A DNA stretch of 57,295 nt from a virus (Duplodnaviria > Caudoviricetes): positions 1 through 57,295 of the IMG/VR virus record IMGVR_UViG_3300022602_000110; one strand, 5' to 3'. The position numbers and the translations under genes were made by a program. Positions 39,801 through 45,759 of this stretch are shown piece after piece (the stretch's first letter is position 1; each line of letters begins with the position of its first letter). The notes under the pieces were generated by a model. It was not told where the DNA came from. It made no database searches and saw only the letters and a program-made list of their open reading frames with translations.

Positions 39801-41211
39801 TACATTAAAACAACCTCCGGGCAATCTTGGTCCATTCCATGGACAGGTAATTGTAGAATATAACGGTAAAAAATTATTACCGCCTGACACTTTATATTTT
39901 GTAGTTGAAAATAATCAATTGACCTACCCATTAAATATTCACTTCCCATATCCTGCAGGAGTTAACGCAAGTCAAGTTGAAGTATATATTAATGGTGTAC
40001 TAGCAACATTGGGATATGATTATGAATTAATCCAAACTGAAAACCTAGTAGTGTTTAGTCAGCGTTCAGTTAAAAATGGTGATGCTATTGCGATTGTTAA
40101 TCTAATCAATAACGATTATGCGATTGAGAATAATCAATTAGTTTTAACTTCTCAAGTTGATACATCATCTGGTACAAATTTACTTCGAGTAGTTACATTT
40201 ACTAACGGTGATACTTCGAGCATTAGAACGGAAAGATTCATTGGTAACTTGTCTAGACGTTACCCAATGAGTCGTCAGATGATTAATAGCAACTATGTTT
40301 GGGTAACTGTTAACGGAACTAGTTTAACACAAGATGTAGATTATCAAATTGATTCTGATCGTCAAACTATTGTATTAGGTACAAATTTTGTATTAGGACC
40401 TGCTGACAATGTGGTAATATTAAGCATTGCAGATGTTGCTGTACAAGAAACTACCGGTTATAGAATTTTCAACGACAGTTTAGGTAGAACAAGTTATAAA
40501 CGTTTAAGCGGAAGAAATACCACAGCCCTAGCCCAAACATTAAATTCTACAGATACTACTATTACGGTAGTAGATGCATCAGTATTAGGTACTCCAAATA
40601 TCAGTCGAAATGTGCCTGGAGTTATACTGATTTTCGGTGAAAGAATCGAGTATTACCAGGTAAATGGTAACGTTTTGTCACAAATTAAGCGTGGAACTTT
40701 TGCCACTGGTGTTAGAGCATCATATCCTGTAGGAACTACAGTTATTGATCAAAGCCCGGTTCAAAATATTCCTGTATTGGAGTATGCTCAAACTCAGCGG
40801 TTCTTAGTAACTGATACTAGCACAGTTGAATATCCGTTAACTGATATTACTTTTACTACATCAACTACTGCAACGACTCAGGTACAGGTATTTTATCAAG
40901 GAACTATGCTAACTAAGACAACAAGCACTGTTCATAATCCCGAAGTTGCATACGATTCTGGAGAAATCAATAGTGCAGGAATTTCTAGTGATACTATTGT
41001 ACCTGCAGAATACTATATTGATCCTACAACATATAACCTAGTACTAAATTTTGCTCCACAACTTGGCGCAGAAATTAGAGTAATACGCAATCTAGGAACA
41101 GTATGGGGTAATGAATTAGTGTCAGAAGTTACAAGCAATTCTGAACAAGTTAACTTTTTATTAGAAAGGCCGGCCATTCTGCCAGATAAATATTATTATG
41201 GACAACAATGA
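27868..41211 (+). CDS. Giant 4447 aa baseplate/structural protein (in the gp7 position)
   Basis: Uninterrupted 13.3 kb ORF after gp6. Contains FG-GAP-like propeller repeats, NGGSGY/NPGAGY repeats and many beta-rich modules. Confidence 0.75.
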   Translation: MSNSNDKKSINLLPSIFRTDKNTKFLSATIDQLIQTPQLDRINAWAGSTDTKTYNPATDRYIPETMPLRKDYQLAPAVVVRDQYQNINGTFGYDDLINQIAFEGGNTTRLDRLFKPEYYSYNPHIDWDKFVNFDQYYWLPVGPDSVTVEGLQKNAISTYTITDAQSGENIIVTPDGLTPDVTLTLYRGITYNFNVNSKHKIWIKTRRVGGASQAFRTTITNNGISSGTITLVVDEDTPAVLYYVADDDVLVGGEIIVKSIQADSVIDITKEILGKQNYTSGNGVVFTNGLKVNFTGSVTPAEYAGYDFIVDGVGSAIRLIPLNSLQVPESYSSAYDENFDGTNFDEFPFDNFSTLPLTPEYITINRGSLDLNPWTRYNRWFHKDVITQTAAYNGTTAQFDQTARATRPIVEFKPNIQLFNFGSVAKPNIQHIDTTTTDAFSKVEGQIGYYVDGVLLGQGDRVIFTADPDPLVNGITFVVNFVKLNGNFVISLDRATDATPNIGDGVVVLYGETHKGTSWWYNGTAWIEAQEKTTINQFPRFDVIDKNGISYGNIDHYVNNTFDGTYLFNYAVGNGSNDSVLGFPLLYKTIADQGYYLFNNYFMTDEMVIENQSVTTTIPISLGFLKINNQSGTPAYENVWTPVQTYSIPIIQSQVVTTTATTSIEIIAVDNPGYQTISVSVFVNDVRKFEASDFNLFADRNRYFVNFTTPLNVNDRVLFKLYTDAIPNDNGYYEVAINYTNNPFNGPIEQFTLAELSDHAETMADTHPLFRGTFFGDNNIRDLGDFNNYGTRLISNNTPASFAGYFISNQENSVVSSLRKAALQYSQFKLGFFHRMLSIGGTYTPAEALDIILHNMNLNKDINFPYSSSDMVAYGKDFTSNTWTVTDSRNTTYALNSVFSSTELSLRSVLIYYTDVNTGITEQLINGVDYTFDSVDPVFYVLRSLNKGDTLSIRDYASTAGCFVPYSPTKLGLYPSFVPQIYLDNTYANGPQLVIQGHDGSIMVAYGDYRDGIILELERRIYNNIKTQYDSDLFDINEVMPGAFRSNDYSYSEISDILAPEFFKWAGFYGLDYSRNTTSSDDPKSWNYRSSINALNNVPLPGGWRGIFKFFYDTDRPHTCPWEMLGFSTMPAWWTSVYGPAPYTSGNLLLWSDLEAGTIKDPAGVTINSLYARPGLTSIIPVDASGNLLDPAKIGLAQRLDPNQTNLDWKFGDIGPVESAWRRSSLWPFAVQILLALARPAKYTSTMFDTSRMNKNLAGQYVYSNKGFIDLSNLSIFGYISTGTATLSAGYSPILVEIGRQKKSSFISDLSQDLENLTMNLMYKVGGFVNQDKIDIIIDSVNPATKNPGVALPNEDYEVFLNRSNPVKSIGVSGIIVERTDTGFVLRGYDKLHPYFNCYYPTANSTDPAFTVGGRTEEYVVWTPSPTTVDVAVGPTAVASTNANFYQAGQLVSYNNLWYRVKISHEAGSTFNSSYFVQLPSAPIIGGISVLKAITYSDTVTTIPYGTEFTSLQELYYTIMGYGQWLLQQGLVLDQFNTDLSEVIDWNFTAKELLFWTTQAWASGSVITLSPFANNMTFTSTDSVADNLLDPLTDYSILKSDGTPLANDYINIVRQPGSITINTLNPKDGIYFVRLNFIQTEHAIVLRNQSIFGDIIYDIETGYKQARIKLVGFITGGWDGGLNAPGFIYDQATIGSWTEYTDYGIGDVVQYVGNYYSALTKISGTSTFKFSEWQILPGKPTPKLLPNFDYKINQFQDFYNLNIDNFDSAQQKMAQHLTGYQPRPYMDNIFVDPISQYKFYQGFIREKGTQNVFTKLSKASEAVLHGEIDYNEEWAFRIGAYGSYTTKKDIEISLNEIQFQENPQIIQFTDIAPVNPNDLLIYQTPSDVLVKPTDYTNDPWPTSPASSLDYTSMLPVAGYVRLDDVTSTAFNKYSLLDIANNRNINEGDTIWVGFREDGSWDVLRYSKVPTNITAAAINFPGSNIILTTNLPHKLSVNDLISVSQLDPSIDGVYQVQSVPNVNQIIVASNLTLISPTLTPGVGLLFKFASVRFNTFDDLNNFEFLNDLKEGENIWVDNDGNNRWGVFEKVNAYIPSAVSSPTYSFPVRPNEQYGATVASSVDGTKLAVSSPYFNSIFTGYGKVYVYRKDGQGNSLVNVAQLTLNEHSGNTYVNSTTDSSFGQSLIVDGLTNYVTIGAPKASLVRHITGSNFAGTTGTASSYVNQGVVKIVNVNFTTTNVTNPYVLVSPTPASNAQFGYSIVQNNNSFVISSPGQNSIHIFDYSVNSDSTLTFESPITITHGNLPTDAFGSSIATSNDGAIMAIAAPGPALSTGTVYIYHNQILTQSITVDTLAPYDTVLKGSGFASQVLLNQDGTYLFITAPRSISNGTKIGKVFVMTLNTATYHYEYSQTVTSPYNNLGVEFGTDIGIDPTGNVLTVSGIGALKPVTFDVYSKRLTTVSTDYTNDPASTTSTNATTFDSKSTLFHGDLKSSGSTFVFDRYQDMFVYGQEISNPAVEESSVYGSSVAVTDSVIIVGAPGLSNVTTQSGGIYIFDLNSNYNNSWDLLRQEPDLVDLSKVQKAYTIDDTTSQVRDYLEIIDPVKGYIPGPAAQELSYKSLSDPAIYSIGNAGTVNNTNANWIDEHVGKLWWDLSTVKFTWYEQGELEFRKNNWGGVFPGCTIDVYEWVRSTYLPSQWAGLADTTDGLVLGMSGQPKYPDNSVLSVKQIFNSTTQQLTNVYYYWVKNTVVVPSNTTRRISAYNVASLIANPLTNGIQYISFLSDNAVSLANCKPSLSSSDIHLAVEMDTINNSIPKHTEWLLLQEGDINSLPGNALTQKLLDSLLGHDTQGNQVPDPTLPNRLKYGVEIRPRQSMFVDRLGAIKILVEYVNSILSQNLITDNYDLTLLKSKEEIPNIALGTYDILVEDLTARDLLSPRYVSQATLACTLKYGKISTISIVNPGFGYKTAPTVTILGTGTGAEIGLTIDASGAVVSAKIISAGSGYTTEPTFVVRPFTVIVQSDSSVNNKWSIYQWNYQTLTWGYPVHVQSFDTTNYWSYADWVSPKFNPNQEFLITLDAPYELDVLTNVPAGNYIKIRNNGNGQAIVLKKLSTVDQPGSYNLEYDLVYQQNGTIQLSNSLWNYTSGTSGFDNIAAYDQTGFDSTPDQEASNIFNAINNNIFVGDLQIYLNLSWFKLVRYAMTEQKFIDWAFKTSFISVTNNAGQLNQPATYKLDDTSYYESFIAEAKPYRTKVREWTDAYTSTEVSMSMTTDFDVPSYYNTSTHQFTPVSFGSSLLTQQPYRSWFDNYTYYIKSIDVFNGGSGYQYPPQVIIEPTNGDIVTTTATAVAYIALGAVTQIVVTNPGAGYTSNPRIILAGGGPTTLTTATAGAKLANDTTRATLTHIKFDRVAGYNEITTSTAYDSFVGDGSKHVFPLTWYPSTNPADFTVLIAGILQLRSDYTINYSTTKFKGYTKNYATITLNSVPTFGQLIEIDYVKNVELYHAVDRIQHFYQPTSGMPGNTATLLMNGLEYPGVTIDTLPFQASLGWDTAPFDQSSWDDYVSETGVYIASSPVVRANPAFANGNYVFSVSATPGIRNIQIGATATFTNTTTIYTVNSSTANALYRGYWDIGITGTNIPVFSTSESITFTNPNAEVFALPFVPAVGTTITVYVSTGSVVNATRIDDPNYGTTGTITNANATMKSFNGVVGINTISIGQIVGPNDIIIFRPWTSDGTTIPNDVDLDTLVYGGTITPGYISESDEYTDINLDGDAFISSSNSHGPEENLPGNILESIGISIYERPLAVNPLIVNKKYFTDGTVRTFDLGITPPNVDSVFVLWNDTPLYNTVDFTIDYVNNTLSTNNTLTNGFLSLTTLGVGGTELLENDTVVVTNTATTQYAFASAFSEVQSAYVTLNGVSIAPPNYTLVSNTDTYGVGRATISLNTTTHVNDVIQAWLFAAPYKAFSQVVDQITTASSGVSVFTLKQPPGNLGPFHGQVIVEYNGKKLLPPDTLYFVVENNQLTYPLNIHFPYPAGVNASQVEVYINGVLATLGYDYELIQTENLVVFSQRSVKNGDAIAIVNLINNDYAIENNQLVLTSQVDTSSGTNLLRVVTFTNGDTSSIRTERFIGNLSRRYPMSRQMINSNYVWVTVNGTSLTQDVDYQIDSDRQTIVLGTNFVLGPADNVVILSIADVAVQETTGYRIFNDSLGRTSYKRLSGRNTTALAQTLNSTDTTITVVDASVLGTPNISRNVPGVILIFGERIEYYQVNGNVLSQIKRGTFATGVRASYPVGTTVIDQSPVQNIPVLEYAQTQRFLVTDTSTVEYPLTDITFTTSTTATTQVQVFYQGTMLTKTTSTVHNPEVAYDSGEINSAGISSDTIVPAEYYIDPTTYNLVLNFAPQLGAEIRVIRNLGTVWGNELVSEVTSNSEQVNFLLERPAILPDKYYYGQQ

Positions 41212-41869
41212 GAATAAGAAAATGCCAAATCAACAACCAGTAAATCAACCTACATCGCCTATTTTTGGTGATGCCGGCGGCGTTAAATTACAAGGTCATA
41301 TTAAAATATTTGATCCTGAAACTAACGAAGTTTATGTAAACAAGCGTAATGCCATCCATTATGAAAATTTTAGTCAAACACTAGTACAGAGTATTGGAAA
41401 TCAGGGATTTGGTTGGGTATTTGAGATGGATTTTGGTAATGGCGGTAGCCGTGTTGATCCTACAGGTATTATCACTTACCTAACACCTAATACAGTTGGT
41501 GCAAATGCATCTCTGTATAACCAGACATACTATAAAATTGTTGACCAACAAAGTGCAAGTAATCTAGATCCTACAAGAAACTTTATGGAATTTAGACACG
41601 TATCTGGTGCAACATATACAGATTTGTTAGTGAGTTGTTTATTAGACTTCGGTGAGCCTAGCGGACAACAAGCATTTGATACAGAAACAAACTTCAATGG
41701 TAATTATGTATTTGATGAATTAGGTCTAAGAGCATACAGCCCTAACGGTGTGGGCACTGGTAATTTATTAACACACGTTATTTTTCATCCTGTTCAGAAG
41801 AGCTTGAACAGATTAGTTCAAATTGATTACACAATTCGAGTACAAAGCCTTAGCGGATCTGGAGCTTAA
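41198..41869 (+). CDS. Baseplate/tail-associated protein
   Basis: Motifs KRNAIH, FDELGL and THVIFHPVQKSLNR.IQIDYTIR; lies within the structural block. Confidence 0.6.
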   Translation: MDNNENKKMPNQQPVNQPTSPIFGDAGGVKLQGHIKIFDPETNEVYVNKRNAIHYENFSQTLVQSIGNQGFGWVFEMDFGNGGSRVDPTGIITYLTPNTVGANASLYNQTYYKIVDQQSASNLDPTRNFMEFRHVSGATYTDLLVSCLLDFGEPSGQQAFDTETNFNGNYVFDELGLRAYSPNGVGTGNLLTHVIFHPVQKSLNRLVQIDYTIRVQSLSGSGA

Positions 41870-41871
41870 TT

Positions 41872-43905
41872 ATGGGTAGCTTTAATGTTTATTTTTCAGA
41901 TCCAAATAAGATCGCTACTCCTATCGTAGTTGAAGACGGCACAATTAATACAATTGATACCAGTGTTTCTTTGATAGGTAAAAATGTTTCAGGTTATTCT
42001 TCAGCATTAGCTACTGATTTTGTTCAGATGTTAGAAAATTTTGCTAGTGCAACTTCTCCTAACAATCCTATACAAGGTCAGTTATGGTATAACAATGCAG
42101 AAAATCGTCTAATGATTAATGATGGTACAGCAGGAACTGGAAATTGGTATCCTGCAGATGGTATCTGGAGGCAATCAAATCAGCCAACAGGATTACCAGG
42201 CGATTTATGGGTTAACGAAAGCAACGGACAGTTGTTCTTAACACTTGACGGTATTAACTGGACACTAGTTGGCCCTAACTACAGCAGTACTCTAAAGACT
42301 GGTATCTATCCAGAAACAGTTACAGACAAGTACGGAACTAATCATACTGTTATTAAACAATACATTAATGATAATGTTGTTGAGATTATTAGTTCAGACA
42401 ATTTTGTTCCACAACAAGTCATTAACGGATTCAGTAATATACAGGCGGGCATTAACCTAAACGCTAATTTTAGTTCTAAATTAAATGCAACTGCCTATGC
42501 GGCAGAGAATATTCTAGTTACAAGTCCTTATACACAATATGTTTTAGGAAATAACTTTGTCCGTAATGACATTGATAATACAGTAAATGCTAGCCTTAAT
42601 ATTAATGATAATTTAGGCATAGGTACTGTTCCTACATTCATATTAAAGAAAGTTGGAACGCTTCAAAACGTATTTTTAAATTCTAGTAATGCTGGTGAAT
42701 TTTCTTTCCAGGTTGCTGATCCGTCCGGTAACGGAGTAAACAACGAATTACTCACTGTTGACGGCGATGCTTTTAGAGTAACTGTTGGATCATCACATGC
42801 TACTGATTTAAAGGTTAATGGTAATGTTACTATTACAGGTAATTTTACATTAACAAACAACATTGCATCGGGTGGATTCTTTGAAATTCAAACTCCTGCT
42901 AAGATTGTTTCTACATTGAATGTGGGTGGTACTAGTACATTTACCGCTACTAGTTACTTTACAAAACCTATGTATTTAGGACAAACAGGACAACCAACAA
43001 GTACTTTGGGTGTTGATGGAATAATTCCACAATCATCTGGTACATATAATATTGGTCAGTTAAACAATCCATTTTCAAATGTATATTCAAAGAATTTTAC
43101 TGGAAACTTTAATGGTAATTTAACGGGCGGTGCTCAATTCCTTTCTAACACTAGCACGTTTGCCCTAGGTGGTCAGTTAACAGGCGGGTTATATTTTGGA
43201 ATTAATCAACAGCCTGTACTATCAGAGCCAACTGGATTTAATGGGCAGGCTGGTAATTATGTGTTCAACGCACAATTATCTGTTAATTCGATCACTAGTC
43301 AAACTTCTACATCTACAGTAGCGGTATCGGACAGTTTGTTAGTTGCAACTGCGGTAGGTGCTGGTGTAAATCTAGCACAAATTACTAAGGCAAATTTATT
43401 ACAAGACTTGTATGATAATCTAGTTCCTGCAGGGACGATTGTTCCTTGGGCAGGTGTAAGTCCTTTGAGCAGTTTACAAAGTGCCGGCGTTGGAAATAGA
43501 AAAGCAGATGGTACATATAATTGGCTAATTTGCGATGGTAGCTTCTTTTATGAAAAAGATTATCCATCATTATTTGCGGCTATTAGTTATACATACGGAG
43601 GCGATCCTAGCGTAGCGGCTTTCCAAGTACCGGACATGCGAGGTAGAATGATTATCGGATATGATAATATGTCTAATAATTTTATAGGAAGCCCGTCAAC
43701 TGCGGCAGGTAGAGTTCCTGGGGCAAATGTTCCAAATGCAGAATTAGCCAATCAAGGCCTTGCTCCAGCAGTAACTGGTGGTTCAAATACCGCAACTGTT
43801 TCTACAGGAGTTACTGGTCCCGATGGTGTGCTAACTACTACTTCAACACAAATTACTGGTGTAATGAATCCGTATTTTGCGTTTAACTACATTATAAAGA
43901 CCTAA
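41872..43905 (+). CDS. Short tail fibre with a phage tail collar domain
   Basis: Collar motif VPAGTIVPWAG...WLICDG...YPSLFAAISYTYGG...FQVPDMRGR; shares its N-terminal domain with the next three genes. Confidence 0.8.
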   Translation: MGSFNVYFSDPNKIATPIVVEDGTINTIDTSVSLIGKNVSGYSSALATDFVQMLENFASATSPNNPIQGQLWYNNAENRLMINDGTAGTGNWYPADGIWRQSNQPTGLPGDLWVNESNGQLFLTLDGINWTLVGPNYSSTLKTGIYPETVTDKYGTNHTVIKQYINDNVVEIISSDNFVPQQVINGFSNIQAGINLNANFSSKLNATAYAAENILVTSPYTQYVLGNNFVRNDIDNTVNASLNINDNLGIGTVPTFILKKVGTLQNVFLNSSNAGEFSFQVADPSGNGVNNELLTVDGDAFRVTVGSSHATDLKVNGNVTITGNFTLTNNIASGGFFEIQTPAKIVSTLNVGGTSTFTATSYFTKPMYLGQTGQPTSTLGVDGIIPQSSGTYNIGQLNNPFSNVYSKNFTGNFNGNLTGGAQFLSNTSTFALGGQLTGGLYFGINQQPVLSEPTGFNGQAGNYVFNAQLSVNSITSQTSTSTVAVSDSLLVATAVGAGVNLAQITKANLLQDLYDNLVPAGTIVPWAGVSPLSSLQSAGVGNRKADGTYNWLICDGSFFYEKDYPSLFAAISYTYGGDPSVAAFQVPDMRGRMIIGYDNMSNNFIGSPSTAAGRVPGANVPNAELANQGLAPAVTGGSNTATVSTGVTGPDGVLTTTSTQITGVMNPYFAFNYIIKT

Positions 43906-43909
43906 GAAC

Positions 43910-45745
43910 ATGTCATATACAATACTAAATGCCGACGGAACGACCCTGCTAACTCTAGCAGACCAATCCTATGATAACGTAACAACAAGTTTAACACTTA
44001 TAGGAAAGAATTCTAATGCGTACGGTCAATCGGTTAACGAAAACTTTGTTTTATTATTAGAAAATTTTGCTAATGTTAGCGAACCACGTAGCCCTGTAAC
44101 AGGTCAGCAATGGTATAATACACTTGAAGGTAGAATGTATGTTTACACCACAAGTACATTTAAGCCAGTTAGCGGATCATTGGTTTCATCGACTGCTCCA
44201 GGCAACCTAGTTGCGGGTGATCTTTGGTTAGATTCTGTTAACAATCAATTATGGGTTTGGAACGGCACTAAGTTAGTAAGCACATCTAAACAATATGCTG
44301 ACTCTGTAGGTAAAGCAGGTTGGTTGGTTGAGACAGTACAAGATATTGGTCTTAATGTTTATAATGTATCAAATTTATATAATGATGGTGTGTTGTTGGG
44401 CGTGTTATCAGAACAACCAATTACATTGAATTCTAATTATATAACAACGTATAATACATCAACTATTAGACGTGGTTTTACATTAAACCCTGCGTTCGGT
44501 GATATTCGTTTTTGGGGAACAGCTACTAGTGCAGATTCTGTAGCAGGATTTGATTCTAGTTCTTTCTTAACTAAAAACACTACTACAAATAGCGGAAACG
44601 TTATGACAGTTCCTCTATTTGTGCAAAATAATGTCGGTGCTACAATTGGTGCAAGTAATAATTTAACTTTTTATGTTAATGGTAATACATCTACAATCTA
44701 TAACGCTGTACCAAACACAATTTTAGATATTCAAGCAAATAATGGATCTAATGCGGTTAGTATGATTACCATTAATGGTGCAACCGAGCGTGTTGGTATT
44801 AATAATAACACACCTGCGTATCCTTTAGATGTTATTGGAGATGTTAGAGTAGTTGGTAATCTTACTGTTATAGGTACACAAACAAATATTGAAGTTGCCC
44901 GTTTACAGGTTCAAGATATTAATATCGAATTAGGTTCGTATCAAACAACATCTAGTGATGCGTTTGTTAATGGCGGCGGTATTGTATTACATGGCGCATC
45001 AGATCATACTATTTTATATGATAATTCTAGTACATCTTGGGACTTTAGTGAAAATATTCAACTAGCAGTTAACAAAGGTTATTACATTAATACACAACAA
45101 GTATTAGATGCTAATAATGTTTATTCTATCGGCGCTCCTAAATTATTAAATCTAGGTGTAACTACTCCGATGAACCAAATTCTGTTTGGTGGAATGAGTA
45201 TTACATCTTCAACCATTGCAAGTTATGCCGCAAATGATCTGACATTAAGAGGCGGAACAGGATTTATTAACGTAAGTTCATCGACTATTGTCAATCTTGC
45301 TCCTACTAATTTTTATTCTACAACATCAACTGCCGCAGTTACTAAAAAATATGTTGATGATGAAATTAGTCTAAATGCTGGTGGTCTACAAGGAAGAAAA
45401 CCTTATACTTTAAGTGTTGATGTAACTTATTTTGTAAACGTTAATCAAGATATTAAATCTTATCTAGATAAACTATTGCCTGTTAATGGCGGCCCTGCTG
45501 GATCTGCTTATGCACAACCAGACGGTTCCATTTGTACAGTATTGGCAATGACCTATGCCGCAAGTACAGCAACTAGTTTCCTTACTTTAAATAAATCATA
45601 CGTACAACTCAGCACAGGCACAAACGTTTTAGAAGACGTTGCAGGCGAAGTATTAATTGTTGTTCCGCCACCAATGCCTACCTATGTAACAAAACTATAT
45701 CAAGTATCCACAGGCACCTGGACTTATATACAAGATATCACGTAA
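43910..45745 (+). CDS. Tail fibre/baseplate protein (paralogue 2)
   Basis: Shared N-terminus LIGKN..YG...NF..LLENFA...GQ.WY; also RVGINNNTP..LDV.G and AVTKKYVD fibre motifs. Confidence 0.7.
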   Translation: MSYTILNADGTTLLTLADQSYDNVTTSLTLIGKNSNAYGQSVNENFVLLLENFANVSEPRSPVTGQQWYNTLEGRMYVYTTSTFKPVSGSLVSSTAPGNLVAGDLWLDSVNNQLWVWNGTKLVSTSKQYADSVGKAGWLVETVQDIGLNVYNVSNLYNDGVLLGVLSEQPITLNSNYITTYNTSTIRRGFTLNPAFGDIRFWGTATSADSVAGFDSSSFLTKNTTTNSGNVMTVPLFVQNNVGATIGASNNLTFYVNGNTSTIYNAVPNTILDIQANNGSNAVSMITINGATERVGINNNTPAYPLDVIGDVRVVGNLTVIGTQTNIEVARLQVQDINIELGSYQTTSSDAFVNGGGIVLHGASDHTILYDNSSTSWDFSENIQLAVNKGYYINTQQVLDANNVYSIGAPKLLNLGVTTPMNQILFGGMSITSSTIASYAANDLTLRGGTGFINVSSSTIVNLAPTNFYSTTSTAAVTKKYVDDEISLNAGGLQGRKPYTLSVDVTYFVNVNQDIKSYLDKLLPVNGGPAGSAYAQPDGSICTVLAMTYAASTATSFLTLNKSYVQLSTGTNVLEDVAGEVLIVVPPPMPTYVTKLYQVSTGTWTYIQDIT

Positions 45746-45759
45746 TTCGGAGAAATTGA

